From Centroscyllium fabricii (taxonomy: Eukaryota), in NCBI GenBank assembly GCA_051313645.2, contig JBNRSN020000010.1, forward strand, positions 10,788,001-10,852,000: a DNA stretch of 64,000 nucleotides, written 5' to 3'. The notes below the pieces were generated by a model. That model searched no databases. It was not told the origin of the DNA and was given only the letters and a program-made list of their open reading frames with translations. Of the stretch, positions 49,707 to 62,524 are shown piece by piece (position 1 is the stretch's first letter; the number at the start of each line of letters is the position of its first letter). The position numbers were made by a program, and so were the translations under genes.

Positions 49707-50150
49707 CAGTGGCTCTGTGGCAGCACTCTCGCCTCTGCATCAAATGGCAGTGGGTGAAAGCTCCGTTCCACATACGTGAACACAAAATCTATGCTGACAC
49801 CTCAGTTCTGTACTGACTGCGTGCTGCACTTTTGGACGTGGCGTCTTTCGGATAGGACGGCAAACCGACGCCACGGCTGCTCTATCAGAAGAACATAAAA
49901 TATAACACAGCACTACTTCAAAGATGACCATGGTAATTTTCCACAGAATCCTGCCAGTATTCATTCCTCAACCCACGTCACAAAAAACAGATCAACTGGT
50001 ATTTATCTCATTGCTGTGTGTGGGAGCTTGCTGTGCTGAAATTGGCTGTTCCTCTTCCTACATAATAACAGTAACTGCACTTTAAGAACTACGTCATTGA
50101 ACGCAAAGCGCTCTGGGACGTCGCTGGTCGCGAGGAGAGCTGTAAAGTTC
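49707..50150 (+). mobile_element. SacSINE1-like DeuSINE
   Basis: Head GTGGCTCTGTGGCAGCACTCTCGCCTCTG; Deu-like core GTGCTGCAC..GTCTTTCGGAT..AAACCGA, CTCATTGCTGT.TGTGGGAGCTTGCTGTG; L2-like tail AAAGCGCTCTGGGACGTC; embedded in a minus-strand CR1 tail remnant. Confidence 0.7.
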
Positions 50151-51754
50151 TTCCGGTAACCTTCCCGAGCATAACAGCTCGCTACGTTAAAAAAAACTCT
50201 TCATCTCCTCGCTGGATCATTTCCCAATTGCCTTAAATTGTGGCCGTGATTACCAACATTCCTGACAGTGGAAAACATGTTGCCTTATTTAGTCAAAACC
50301 CCTCATAATTTTGAACAAAGCTCTCCTGAACTGTGCATGCTCGATTGAAAACTATCCCAGTTTCGAGCCATGTCGGCAGTTTTCAGGTTTTTCAACCACT
50401 GTGGACAATGCCCCGCCCGAGGCAACACGTCCGATACTTCCATTATCACATTGATCTCTTTATTTGTCTGTTTAGAATATTATTCTGTAATTTGTATGTA
50501 TAATCAACAATTTACTATTAAGCAAAATTCATTTCCATTATGTTAACCAATTCAACTTTGAAACGGACCCAACCTCTTCCTTTAACGAGTTTATCCATTC
50601 GCTGTTATTCTCTTTTAACCGATCGGTACTTAAAAGCTGAGAACAAAATGCTATTGATATTTTATCGATTCAAAATAGTTCTGCCTCCCTTAATTGATTT
50701 GTTTTACTTTTCCCGCTCTCCTTCACATCATGGCCCCGCTCAAATTGTTCCCTTCCTTTCTGTCGGATCCCACAATCTGCCCTACCCCAGTCTTATAGGT
50801 TTCCTCACTCTGCCATTTACCAGACCCACGGGTTCACGCACTCTGCCAGATCCCGATCTCCCCTTTGTTCGATCTTGGCCCCTAGAGAATCTGAGAGAGA
50901 GATTTCCAATTAAATGTTTTATTGGTGTCACAGGCAGTGTTCGGCTTACCTCATTTGGACTGTGCCGACACTTCATGTAAGCTAACCATACAAATTGTAA
51001 TTCCACACATAAAAACAGTTCCTCGGGACTCATTATGCAATTTTGAATAAATTATAGAAAATCACGTTTTCTATCTTTAGAAAAGAGGAAACTTCCAGTT
51101 TATCTAATGCCAGTTTTAAGGTTAGGAAGAGAGTGGACAATTTACTCAAATTCTTCACCGTGGCAAGGAGTTCAACCATAATTACCTGCACGTTCAAAAT
51201 GCGAAACTAAGTGTAAGATTGGCCGCCGGGCGGAAAATTTCAGCTCACTGAGTAACTGTATTTTGTATGTTATTTATTGACATATCAGGAGGGTCATTAA
51301 GCACAAACCTATTTATCTGGCTCCTAAGTTCACAACTATATTGTGAATAGTTTATTACATGACAAACATAACCTTTTGTAAATGAATTGCATTATCCTTG
51401 TGCTGCCAATCACAGTCAAATATAAACTGACGAACTTCAATAGCAGGAGTTTACTAATCAAGACATCCAACGAAGAAAGCAGGGAAGTTATCTTGAAAGA
51501 AGCGAATATCATCAAAATCATGCATAAATGGAGTACACCTGTCACTTCATGTACTGCAGGTTTGGACGTAATACTAGAAGCTCTATTATTTGACGTTGTT
51601 TTGCTAAGTTGCTGATTTATCCTAATTATCCTCACAGTTGTTAATGGGCTAGTAATGGTGCTTGTCCCGACTGCAACGAATCCAAAACTGGCGACCCAAT
51701 TAAATGTACTCCATTGAAGTTCAACATACCAATTCGGTTGTGTTGTGTTGAAGT

Positions 51755-52075
51755 GGCCGGTCGGCAGGTAATGGTTAGCACTGTTGCCTCACAGCGATAT
51801 GGGCACAGGTTCAAATCCGGCCTAGGGCGACTGTCTGTGTGGAGTTTGCACATTCTCCCCGTGTCTACGTGGGATTCCTCCGGGTGCTCCGGTTTCCTCC
51901 CGCAGTCCAAAGATGTGCGAGTTATGCTGATTGCCCAGGATAAATTGACCCTTTGTGTTAGTGGGATTAAATATGTGGGGTTACGGGGATAGGGTGGGAT
52001 ATGTGTTGGTGCAGGCTCGATGGGCCGAAATGACCGCTATCTGCACTGTAGGGATTCTATTATTCTATGATTCTG
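51755..52075 (+). mobile_element. HE1-type V-SINE
   Basis: TGGTTAGCACTGTTGCCTCACAGC..GGTTCAAATCC; V-domain; tail GGGATTCTATTATTCTATGATTCT. Confidence 0.88.
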
Positions 52076-52859
52076 TAAGATCAAATACATCGAATCTCCT
52101 GTGTTGCAAATCCAAGTTTTTTCCCACGTCGCGGAGTTCCCATTTTTGTAAAGCTGGATGTTAATATCCTGAAAGATGGATGCTGAGGAAGAAGTTGAAT
52201 CCATCATACACTCCCTTAACTTTTCACTAAGGAATTGGACTAAAGAGCAGTAGGGGCGGGTATATTCTGCATTACAGATTTGACAGTTAAACGGACTGAC
52301 GTGCACTGCGACTCTGCTGCATTCTGGGAGTTGAGGTCCATCCGAGAAAGAGACTCAAAATAAGCCAGTGCATTATGGGAGCCGGGTACTGGGCTGAGTA
52401 TCTCAATGGTGCAATTATTTCAAAATTTCAGGATCCGGCTCTTGAAAGAGGTACAAGGTTGTTGTGAAACTACAGGATGCATTTCTCACAGATAATTGCT
52501 GATAAAACCCGTATGTTTACATTCAATTCCAATGTTAACTGATTTATATGAATGTGTTACCTTTATTTATGTATCGTAATGACTTAATATAGTGCGTGAT
52601 GCGGTTGACTTGAACCACTTGCAATAATAAAATAATATCTATAAATTTCAGATTGATTCCAATTTCTGCTAAAAAACGTCTAGAGGAGCATTCACTCTCT
52701 TTCTGCGCAGTCTGAGCTCTTTACTGTGAGCATCATCTCCCGAATATACTTTAAGATTCCAAATCCGCTTCCCACAATCAGTGTCTTCGCTTTTTTAGTT
52801 CCGCCTTTGTTAAATTTACACCCTACACTGCGACTGACTGTGGACAATGGCACGAAGAT

Positions 52860-53785
52860 CATACAATCAAAGAATCAAAGAATTATACAGTCCAGAAGGA
52901 GGTCATTGGCCCATTGTGCCTGTTCTTGCTCTTTGAACGAGATAAACAATTAGTCCCACTGCTCTGCTATATATTTATTTCATTTATTGTGTACCTTATG
53001 TGCCGGCTCGTTTGGTGCCATTTAATATAAATCAGTGTACTCTGGTTACCAAGAAAACTGCCGCCTGAAACAATTTATTGATTTGTTACTTTCTCAAAAC
53101 CCTCCGTAAGTTGCATTTAGCTTGGTGCTCCGCTGAAATATTAACCTTGCATTTATATTAAGCTTGCTTTTTCTGTTAACAATTTTAAATCCAATTTTTG
53201 ATAACATTTTGCTAACATGTCCTACTTTTTCAAACGCATTTTTAAAGTCTATATACACAACATCAACTGAACTATCCTCATCAACCGCTCAGTCATTTCA
53301 TGGAAGGACTCGATCAAGTTAATAAAACAATCCTTGCTGGCTTTCTCTGATTAAAACAGATTTCCATTCCCAAATTAATCAGCTGTCGGATTGTTTCTAA
53401 TTCTTTCTTAACGACTTTAAATTGACTGGCCCGAAGTTGCCAGGTTTATCCCTCTCCCAGTTTTCGAACGTGGTGTAATATTTGCAATCCACAACTACTC
53501 TGGCAGAACCACCCTGTCAGAGGAGGATTGGAAGCATTTACATTTCGAGAACCTTTGCAATATCAACCAGTACTTCCATCAGCTACCTACTACACAGTCA
53601 ATTTGGGCCGTCTGACATTTCTGCATTGAGTGCTGCCAACCTTTTAAGTACCTCCATTTTATTTATGGTTTTCCAATCCAATTTCTCTACTATCGCCTCC
53701 TTTACAGCGACATTATCAACATGCTTCTATTTAGTGAAGACACATGCAAAGTATTACTTTAGTACCTGAGCCATGCCCCCTGCCT
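52860..53785 (-). mobile_element. Old CR1 remnant(s)
   Basis: Degenerate tail-like AGAATCAAAGAATTATACAG and RT-like segments (ATTGACTGGCCCGAAGTTGCCAGG; GTGAAGACACATGCAAAGTA). Confidence 0.55.
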
Positions 53786-56700
53786 ACGGAAGATTTCACA
53801 GCCCCGCGGATCTCTCCACCACCTGCTTCTTCGTACACTGCCCATGGCTACCAAATTACTATCCTGCTGAACTGGCTGTGGGGAGACCACCTCCTGAAAC
53901 ATGTGGTCGAGCAAATTATCAGCCCTGCAGTCACTCCAGTCGTTCGGCAAGCTGAGAAAATCTGAGCTTATGTTGGAGCAGATGGAGGCATTTCATGGAC
54001 ACATGATTACCGCGGATTGATGACGCGTCCTGGAGTTCCAACATGTCACATAAATATTCATTGCTGTTATCAATGTAAGTTGTAGCATACAATTTCCATA
54101 GCGACAGAAATCACGATGCCAGCTTGAAGACGATTTAAAAAATAAACTATCATTAATTTAAATTAAACCAGCGTTCATAAAAGTAAATTTACTTTAAAAT
54201 AAATGAAAGAAATGACGTTAATTTTATTAACTTAAATTAGATCTAGTTTACTAAGTGGCACTTTAATGCATTACACAATTAAATTCCGCTTTGCCCAGTG
54301 ATATTTGTTCCAATTCTCGTGTTCTTTGCTTTACGATTTGTACCGAGAACTGATATCGTGCGGCTGACGGACTTGATGTGGAGTTTTCTGCCTCACTTGG
54401 TGGTCTGGCGGAATTCCGCGACTGGAGAAAATGACAGCTGGTCACTGAGGAAGTCGAAGCATTCTGGCACAACACTGGCCGACTGCAGCATTTCCTGCTC
54501 TAAGCCAATCAGACTGTGACCTCACTTTCTGCGGGCCATCGTGAAGAAAGCCACAGTCTGCAGAGGGAGGTTTCTGATGACTTAACGAGTGCTTCAAAAG
54601 TGGAACTGGTTCGTCACATGTCTGAAACTTACAACCAATGGGTGGAACGCTTATCCGATTCGTTGACGGGTCACCAATTTTATTCAGGACCTCCTGCATT
54701 TTTAGCTTCTTGCAGTTTGTATGGTCGGCTGTTTTATTTCACTTTTTTCAAGGATAATAATTACATCACTAATATTGATGCGTACTCTTTTTTGCCGGAA
54801 TATTAGACGTGTCTACATTAGCTCTGGGCATTGAATTTTCCCCATCAATATAAGATAAAATGTATTTAACTCCGGCTGAGTTAAAGTTCCCTTTACATTC
54901 ATCTAGCATTATGTGGAACAAGAGGCAGATTCCGATGCTAAGGATCACCGGCAGTCTGAGGACGGAGCTCTGAAATCCTCCACTAACATTCTACAAACAC
55001 AGAATTCCCTGCACTGTGATACAAACACATCCGACGCGATCATTGTGCTCCGACCTTTAGATACATAATGGGGAACATGTCCAGAGTTATACCCAAACTG
55101 TTCAACAGTTTCTTTCGACCCGGTTATGACATACATTTTAAATAAAGATTTACACCTGTTACCGAGTCTAAGAATTTATGAGCGATTAGTTTGCATCTGA
55201 ACAAATTATAAACGGACCCAAAATCCAAATACTGCACTGCCCAACTGGCTCTAACAGTAAAGAGTCTTGAAACAATTGGAGCCTACTTCAAACGTGTCGG
55301 TATTTTACAAATTAATATTCGGAATATTGGAAAATGTCAATCTTTCCGTGATTTTAATGAACTTTCTTTCGCTTCGCTGTCGATTGGCAGCGACGTATTT
55401 TACACCCACCCAATTTTCTTTTTCATTCTCGTCAACGAAAAGGAAATGACGGCGGGGTGTATAACTGGCGCCCAGTGCACTCCAGCCTGCTTTTCGTCCA
55501 GGGTGAATTTGAAAATGACCTTACTTTCTGAATATTCAGATTCCACTAATCTGAAACGGACTGATAACGACAGGCATGCGATAAAAATACAATCCGACTG
55601 GGCGGGAAAAATGCATCCAAGCCAATCAGTTTAACATAAATATAAACCAACAGAAGAAATAATATCTGAGGCACCCGTTAATTTCAGAAGGTTTGTAAAG
55701 ATGGAGCGGACAGAGAGCTGTCTGTTTATATGTGTAACCCTTGATACTGATTAAAACAGGGGAAGCTTTCAGAGACAGTCCGCTGACTTTCTTGCACATC
55801 CTGCAGTGTGAAAAATGGATTTACCCAGTTCGAGGTACCACCTGTCTTCGACACCTTTCATTCTGCAACACGTGTAATGCTAAATAATTTTGAAAACATT
55901 TTCAACCGGGGCACTGAAAGTAGAGGTCGGACAAAATGTTAATACATTGGATCGAACCCTCATCTGAAGACGTAACCACGAGAAACACTCTCACACCCAG
56001 GTCCCCAGTGAGGCCGGACGGCGCACTCAATACACCGCCTTGCACCGGGGTATTCGTTCACTGCCAGTTGACAAAAGGGTTGGGCATATTACTTTATTCC
56101 GTTAGTGCAGCAACACATACAGCGGATTAAACCATGTAAATATCTGAGAGTCCTGATTATTGATCCTTGACTGAAATGCCCCATTTTAAATTCTTAATTT
56201 TTACGCTGTTTTCTCAGGTTACAGGGTCGCTGATAATTACACGTAGATTCACCATGATACATTTATTAGCAGCAAGTAAGAACTTTATTTAAAATTGCTG
56301 GACGGACTTCAAATAATTCCTATTAATAGAGACGTCACAAAAAAGGTAAAACGAGGCAACTCCAGTAACCATTCAAATAGTGGTGAAACATCCTGAAGGG
56401 GACAGCGGCAGCGCTCCTTGTTCCCAGGAGAGGGGTGAAGCGACCCTTGCAGCTGCAATAATTCCAAGTAACATTTTTACCAAACCAGTTAGAAAAAAAG
56501 TAACTGGACCGAGCTTTGTAAACGACAAAATCTTTCCCTAAAACTGGAACCTGATCCGGTCAATATATGAAAGAACTGATTACATTCCTCGCAGGATCAG
56601 ATATTAAACTCGTTGATCAACGATTGTATTTGACTGTTTTTTTCACCTCATCACTGTCATTATTAGTTCTTAAGCGGGAATGTCCTTTTTTGGGAGAAGA

Positions 56701-56886
56701 CACTCGGCCAAAGAACTGCGGTAACCCACGGTCCTCGTTGATGCTAAATGCTACAAAGGGCGCCAAATATACTCGCGTACCTGTGAGATTTTGCAACAAC
56801 AATCCGTGCTTAGCGGTTGGCAGAGAGAGCCTCATTCTAATATGGAACAGGAGCTAGTACGGAATTCAAATGTCACGACCGAATCT

Positions 56887-58294
56887 CTAGTTCAGCTTTC
56901 TTTCATGTTTAACCAATCTCAAAAGGAGTGTCCATGGAGATTTCAAAACCTTTTTCAGCTCTTCTCTGAATTTCCTCTGGGTCGCTGCATAAATACATGT
57001 GTTCGCACAGGAGCTCAAAAGCTTCAGCAGATCTCCGGTTTCAGTGGCGATATAGGCTGGGATTGTGCGGTCTCCTCGGTAATAATTGACGTTTGTCATT
57101 CTAGTAATTAAAAAATTCACGGCTGTTGTCATCCACAGCAATATAAAACTCCCCGAAATAGCGAAGAGGAAAATGATGGATTTCCTTCGGCTTTCCATCT
57201 CTGGATCGCAGAGGTTCACAGTGCTCTGTCCCCGGAGTCCCCTGCGGGCTCTGCTGGCCAATAATATACGTCTGACCGTCAAACAATTAAACAAGGCCAT
57301 TAAGGTGAAGGGAAGCCAAACGCGCAATATGGTGTGAAACCAGAGAGACACTTCACCGTGAGGCGAGGAAAAAAAAGCCAAACTGTTCCGGCAGCCCCAA
57401 TGCAGGTTGTTAATTATTTGCTGCGGTTCAAATGCAAAAAAAACGGGAATGCTCTTTAAAAAGATCAGAACCGAGATCGCTGTTATAACCGCGGCCGCAG
57501 TTCTCTCGGTGCAATAACGTACTTTGAACTTCTGCCAACAGATAATTACACATCGGTCAAATGTGAAGGAGACGGTGAACCAAACAGACAAATCGAAACT
57601 GACAGCTTTCATGTATAGATTGAACATACACATGGGAGTAAGGGAGAGGAATGAAAATGGAAATTGATAACTGAGAATATAATACACTATTACATTGAAG
57701 ATCATGACCAGTAGATCTGCTGTTGCCATGGCCACCATGTAGACAGAGATGCATTTGGAAAGGCCGCAGTTTCCTCGAGTGAGAATCACAATTGTCACCA
57801 AGTTCGCTGTAAGAAAGAGAGGGGAGAAATAATTTACCGCTGTCTGATTGAAATGTAAACGGAGATCCCTGCTGACAGCATCTTGCTCCATTCACTGATT
57901 ATCAGCACGGAGCCGTGTGAGAACATGATTGGTATTGGAGCTAATGCCTGGGAAACCCACCCACAAATTTTAAAGAGCTGCGTCAGCGCTCGCTCTGCAC
58001 GGGGTGAGAAGACGATCTGGAAATCCGCTAAAATCCTTGTGTTGGAGCTGCAAAGAACATCATAACATTAGCAATGTTATGGCATTAAGGGAGCCGTGGG
58101 AACTGTGGACACGCGGTTCGATGTGATATGCTGACATCTGTAGAACAGTTACCCTATCCAGCATACGACACGAACATTGAGACAGTAAACACCGATTATC
58201 AACAAGCAGGTTACAATGGCTCACCGGGGGCACCGAAAGTTGCGAGAATCGGGTAGTAAATCTCTTTTATCAGCAGTATAGCTGGTCGCCCCAT
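56887..58294 (-). CDS. GPR139/GPR142-like class A GPCR, paralog 2, intact (329 aa, 2 exons)
   Basis: Exon 1 58294-58225 (MGRPAILLIKEIYYPILATFGAP, GTGAGC donor); exon 2 57806-56887 (ANLVTIVIL, YMVAMATADL, SVWFTVSFTFDRC, DPEMESRRKSI, ANTCIYAATQRKFREELK); 7 hydrophobic segments; 990 nt, frame preserved. Confidence 0.93.
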
Positions 58295-58550
58295 TTTCTG
58301 TGCGAATGGATGGATTCTGCCGGAGTTAAATGTGTCTGACTGGCGCACGGCTGATACAATGGAAGTGAAGCTATATTTATCCACACACTAATCCGCAAGG
58401 GTATCAATAAGGTTGAAACATAATTGGCATTAGTTACAGTCATTGAACAAATTGACTAAGGTAAGTTTTTTTTTGTTTATACTTCAGATTAAGAGAAACA
58501 TATGAAATTGTTATTGTACAGTTTCAAAAAAACGCACAATACAGACATTC
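58295..58550 (-). promoter_or_regulatory. Conserved upstream region of GPCR paralog 2
   Basis: Reverse complement aligns with 38170-38429. Confidence 0.7.
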
Positions 58551-58739
58551 TTATAAATGGAAACTTGGAAACTGCCAATACTGGAGCTGACCCTATTCCA
58601 ACAGGACTGGTGGAAGCAATTACACTGGTAGCCATCGCCCAGAACCTACCCTTCACTGAATCCTACTGCTCCAATTCCTCCAGAACAGGTGCTGAAACAA
58701 ATTCTGGAATATTGGAGATGGCCACAGATCTGCAGCATT

Positions 58740-60780
58740 AGATGTGACCGTGTTGCTCTGGTAGAAGTATCTCCCAAAACTTACACTTGACGTGAACGTG
58801 CTCCTCCACTACTAGAAATCACCTACCCTGACACTCTCGTTGACCGTGTTCCTCCACTAGTAGTGATAAATTGCATTAGCACTACTTGTCACCGTGCACC
58901 TCCACTACTAGTGATAACCTACACTAACACTAGTGGTCACCGTGCTCCTCCACTACTAGTGATAACCTACACTAACACTAGTGGTCACCGTGCTCCTCCA
59001 CTACTAGTGATAATCTACACTAACAGTTGTGGTGACCGTGCTTCTCCATTACCAGTGATAACCTACGCTAGCATTAGAGTTGACGTAGATCCACAGTTTT
59101 ATTTATATTGTGCACCTACAGTAGCACTTGGCATTGAACACCAAGAAAATAAAGGAGATCATAGTGGACTTCCGGAGGACTGAAAGCAGAAGACACACCC
59201 CCATCTTCATCCAAGGTGCTGAGTTGGAAAGTGTGTCCAGCTTCAAGTTCCCCGGGGTCCACATCTCGGAAGACCTCTCCTGGTCATTACACACCTCGTC
59301 TCTGGTTAGGAAGGCCCAACAGCGCCTTTACCTCCTAAGGAAGCTGAAAATAGCCAGGCTTTCATCCGGCATCCTCTCCAACTTCTACCTCTGCACAATA
59401 GAAAGCATACTGACAAGCTGCATCACAGTCTGGTATGGAAATTGCACCATAGTGGACCGGAAGGCCCTGCAGCAGGTAGTCAAAACTAACCAACGAATTA
59501 CCGGTACCCAGCTACCGTCAATTGAAAGCATCTACCTCAAACGCTGCCTACGGAGGTCTCTGAACATTATTAAAGACCCCGCACACCCCAGCCACAGTCT
59601 GTTCACCCCCCTACCCTCCGGGAGACGCTACAGATCAATTCGCACCCGCACGACTAGATTTAAGAACAGCTTCTTCCGCAGGGCTGTCAGCCTCCTGAAC
59701 TCTAAAAAAACTCCGGTACCTGCACACCTGAAAATGTACTTTACTGTATGCAATTTGCATGTAATTTATTTGCACTACTCTCGGGAGCGGCGGGTCTTCG
59801 TCTCGTTGTATTGTACTAGTACTCTGCAATGACAATAAAACTTAAATTGAATTGAATTTAATTGAGATGACCACGCTCCTCCATTATTACTTAGACACTA
59901 AACCTACAGTAGAGATGACCGTGCACCTCCGGTACTACTTATACACTACACCTACAGTAGAGATGACCGTGCTCCAACGGAACAATTTATACACTGTAAC
60001 TATTGCAGAGTTGACCGTGCTCCACCAGTACTATTTTACCCTACAACTACAGTAGAGGACTGAATTGAGATGACCGCCCTCCGCATTTACTATTTATATT
60101 CTACACCTAAAATGAGATGACAATGCTGCTCCAGTACTATTTATTTACTACAACTACAGTAGAGATGATTTTGCTCCACATATACTATTAATATCCTACA
60201 CCTACAGCAGAAATGACAGTTCTCCTCCTGCACTATTTATACCCTACTAATGCATTAGATATGACTGTGCTCATTCTGTACTATTTGTGTCCTGCAGCTA
60301 CAGTAGAGATGACCGTTCACTTCCTGTACTATTTAGATACTACACCTACAGTAGAGGTGACAATGCTCCACCGGTACTATTTAGAACCAACACCTACAGT
60401 ACCTTTGGCCGTTTTTCTTCTGTGCTGTGTGTAAACTACACCTATAATACAGTTGAATATGCTCCTCCTGTACTATTTATATTCTAAACCTACAGTAGAT
60501 ATGACCACGCTACTCTTATACTCGGGACAGTCTATATCTACACCAGGGATGGTCCGGCTCCTGTATACTAGCGGTGCACTAAACATAAAGAAGCGTGGAC
60601 CATGCTCCTCCACCTCTTGTCTTACGTCTACACATACATTGGTGCTGCCAGTCCTTCCCCAGTACTAATGGTAAACCATAATAACAGTAAAACTGACCGT
60701 GCTCATCCAATATTATTGACAACCTATAATACACTAGAGTTAACCCTGCTCCTGTGGATTACGGTTGCTACTACAGCTAA
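58740..60780 (-). repeat. 48-49-bp tandem repeat, same family as 22765-37990, inverted
   Basis: Plus-strand units GTGACCGTGCTCCTCCACTACTAGTGATAACCTACACTAACACTAGT are the reverse complement of the CTAGTGT.AGTGTAGG..GGAGGAGCACGGTCAC consensus. Confidence 0.85.
59125..59865 (+). mobile_element. Rex1/Babar-type LINE 3' fragment (same family as 26448-27590)
   Basis: 234-aa ORF highly similar to 26668..27450; same AATAAAAC plus (TTGAA)n tail. Confidence 0.9.
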
Positions 60781-61065
60781 ACAAGGCTTCTGAGGCTAGC
60801 CTCTGATTTTCCTACGATTAAATTAAAACAGAGGCTCTGAAAGAGGTGACGAAATGTTTAAAGATTTTACACAAGAAATGCGAGATATTCATATAAGAAA
60901 AGATTGAAGAAGCAGCTGATTTTTTTCTGTAGTAAAGGTAGTGTTGACGGGTGACTTGATAGAAGTATTTAAAATTATAAATATTTTGATAGGGTAAACA
61001 AAGAGAGTGCATTCCCCCGTGAAGTAGAATAAAGCGAGTGACCATGAGTATAAGATAAACAATAT

Positions 61066-61835
61066 AAATGCAACAGTACACCATGAATGGTAGGACGCTA
61101 GGAAGGACAGAGGATCAGAGGGACCTTGGTGTGCAGCTCCATAGGTTCCTGAAGGCATCAGGGCAGGTGGATAAGTTGGTTAAAAAGGTATATGGGATAC
61201 TTGACTTCATTAGCCGAGGCATAGACTATAAGAGCAGGGAGGTTATGATGGAGCTGTACAAAACGCTGGTAAGACCACAGCTGGAGTACAGTGTGCAGTT
61301 TTGGTCGCCAAACTATAGGAAGGATGTAATAGCTTTGGAGAGGGTGCAGATAAGATTCACCAGGATGCTGCCTGGGCTGGGGAACTTCAGCTATGAAGGG
61401 AGACTGAAGAGGCTGGGGTTGTTTTCCTTGGAGCAGAGGAGGCTGAGGGGAGACCTGATTGAGGTGTACAAAATTATGAGGGGAATAGATAGGGTGGATG
61501 GAGTGGAACTTTTTCCCTAGGTTGAGGGGTCAATAACCAGGGGTCATAATTTCAGGATAAGGGGCAGGAGGTATCCTGGGGATGTGAGGAAGAACTTTTT
61601 CACCCAGAAGGTGGTTGGAGTCTGGAACTCACTGCCTGAGAGGGTGGTAGATGCGGGAACCTTCACAACATTCAAAAAGCATTTGCATGAGCACTTGAAA
61701 TGCCACAGCATACAAGGATACGGACCAAATGCGGGAAAATGGGACTACTATTGACTGGGATTGATGGCCGGCACGGACGCGATGGGACGAAGGGTCTCTT
61801 TCTGTGCTGTATTACTCTATGACTCTGTGACTCTA
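61066..61835 (+). mobile_element. CR1 3' fragment nested in an older CR1 tail (~60880-62090)
   Basis: QRDLGVQLH..LVRPQLEYSVQFWSP..RLRGDLIEVYKI; (CTATGACT)n-type tail at ~61815-61835. Confidence 0.9.
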
Positions 61836-62524
61836 CAACAGGGAGTCCAGGAGACACGTATTCAACAGGAGAATAGTTAGAATGCTGAATTCTCTACTAC
61901 AAGGTTTATAAGTGGCGAGTGACATAGATACATTTCAGCGAAGCTCGTTGAGTACATAAAACATGCAATTGAGAGATTTGCTAATAGGTTAAGAGGAGTG
62001 AAGTGGGAGGAGGCTTGGGTGAAGTATAAACACCGACATCGACCAGTTGGGTCGTATGGTCACTTCCAGTGCTATAAATTATATATAAATTTATATAAAC
62101 AATACCATAAACAATATTTGGAACAGGCTCCCTTTAACGATCTTGAAAGCAGTTAGAAATAACAAACTCAAATGCAAATTAGAGAGATTACCTTCAGAAA
62201 GTAACATTTTGTGAAACGTTATATGAATTATTTCAGACATGACATAAATCTGCTAGCTTCAGTTGAACTGCTGATCCACACAGCGCTGCGTCACTGGGGA
62301 TTGATTATTGTCTTTACTGACTCTGTTGTAGAGTAATTGATAGTGATTGATTGTGATGATTAGTAAACAACTTTATTAATGTAATATGCGGCTAGCAAGA
62401 TGGTAGATGTTGAACTGGATTAACTGTGCTCATTTCCCCTTTAACAGTTCCTATGTTTCTTTGATCGTTTCCCTTCCTATTTCTAATCTAAAAGCTGCCC
62501 TCCAACGAAATAATCACCAGTGAA

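Noticed and set aside
51100-55300. Possible Penelope RT / GIY-YIG remnants at ~51100-51650 and ~54800-55300
   Set aside because: Resemblance too faint to support by eye; needs a translated HMM search
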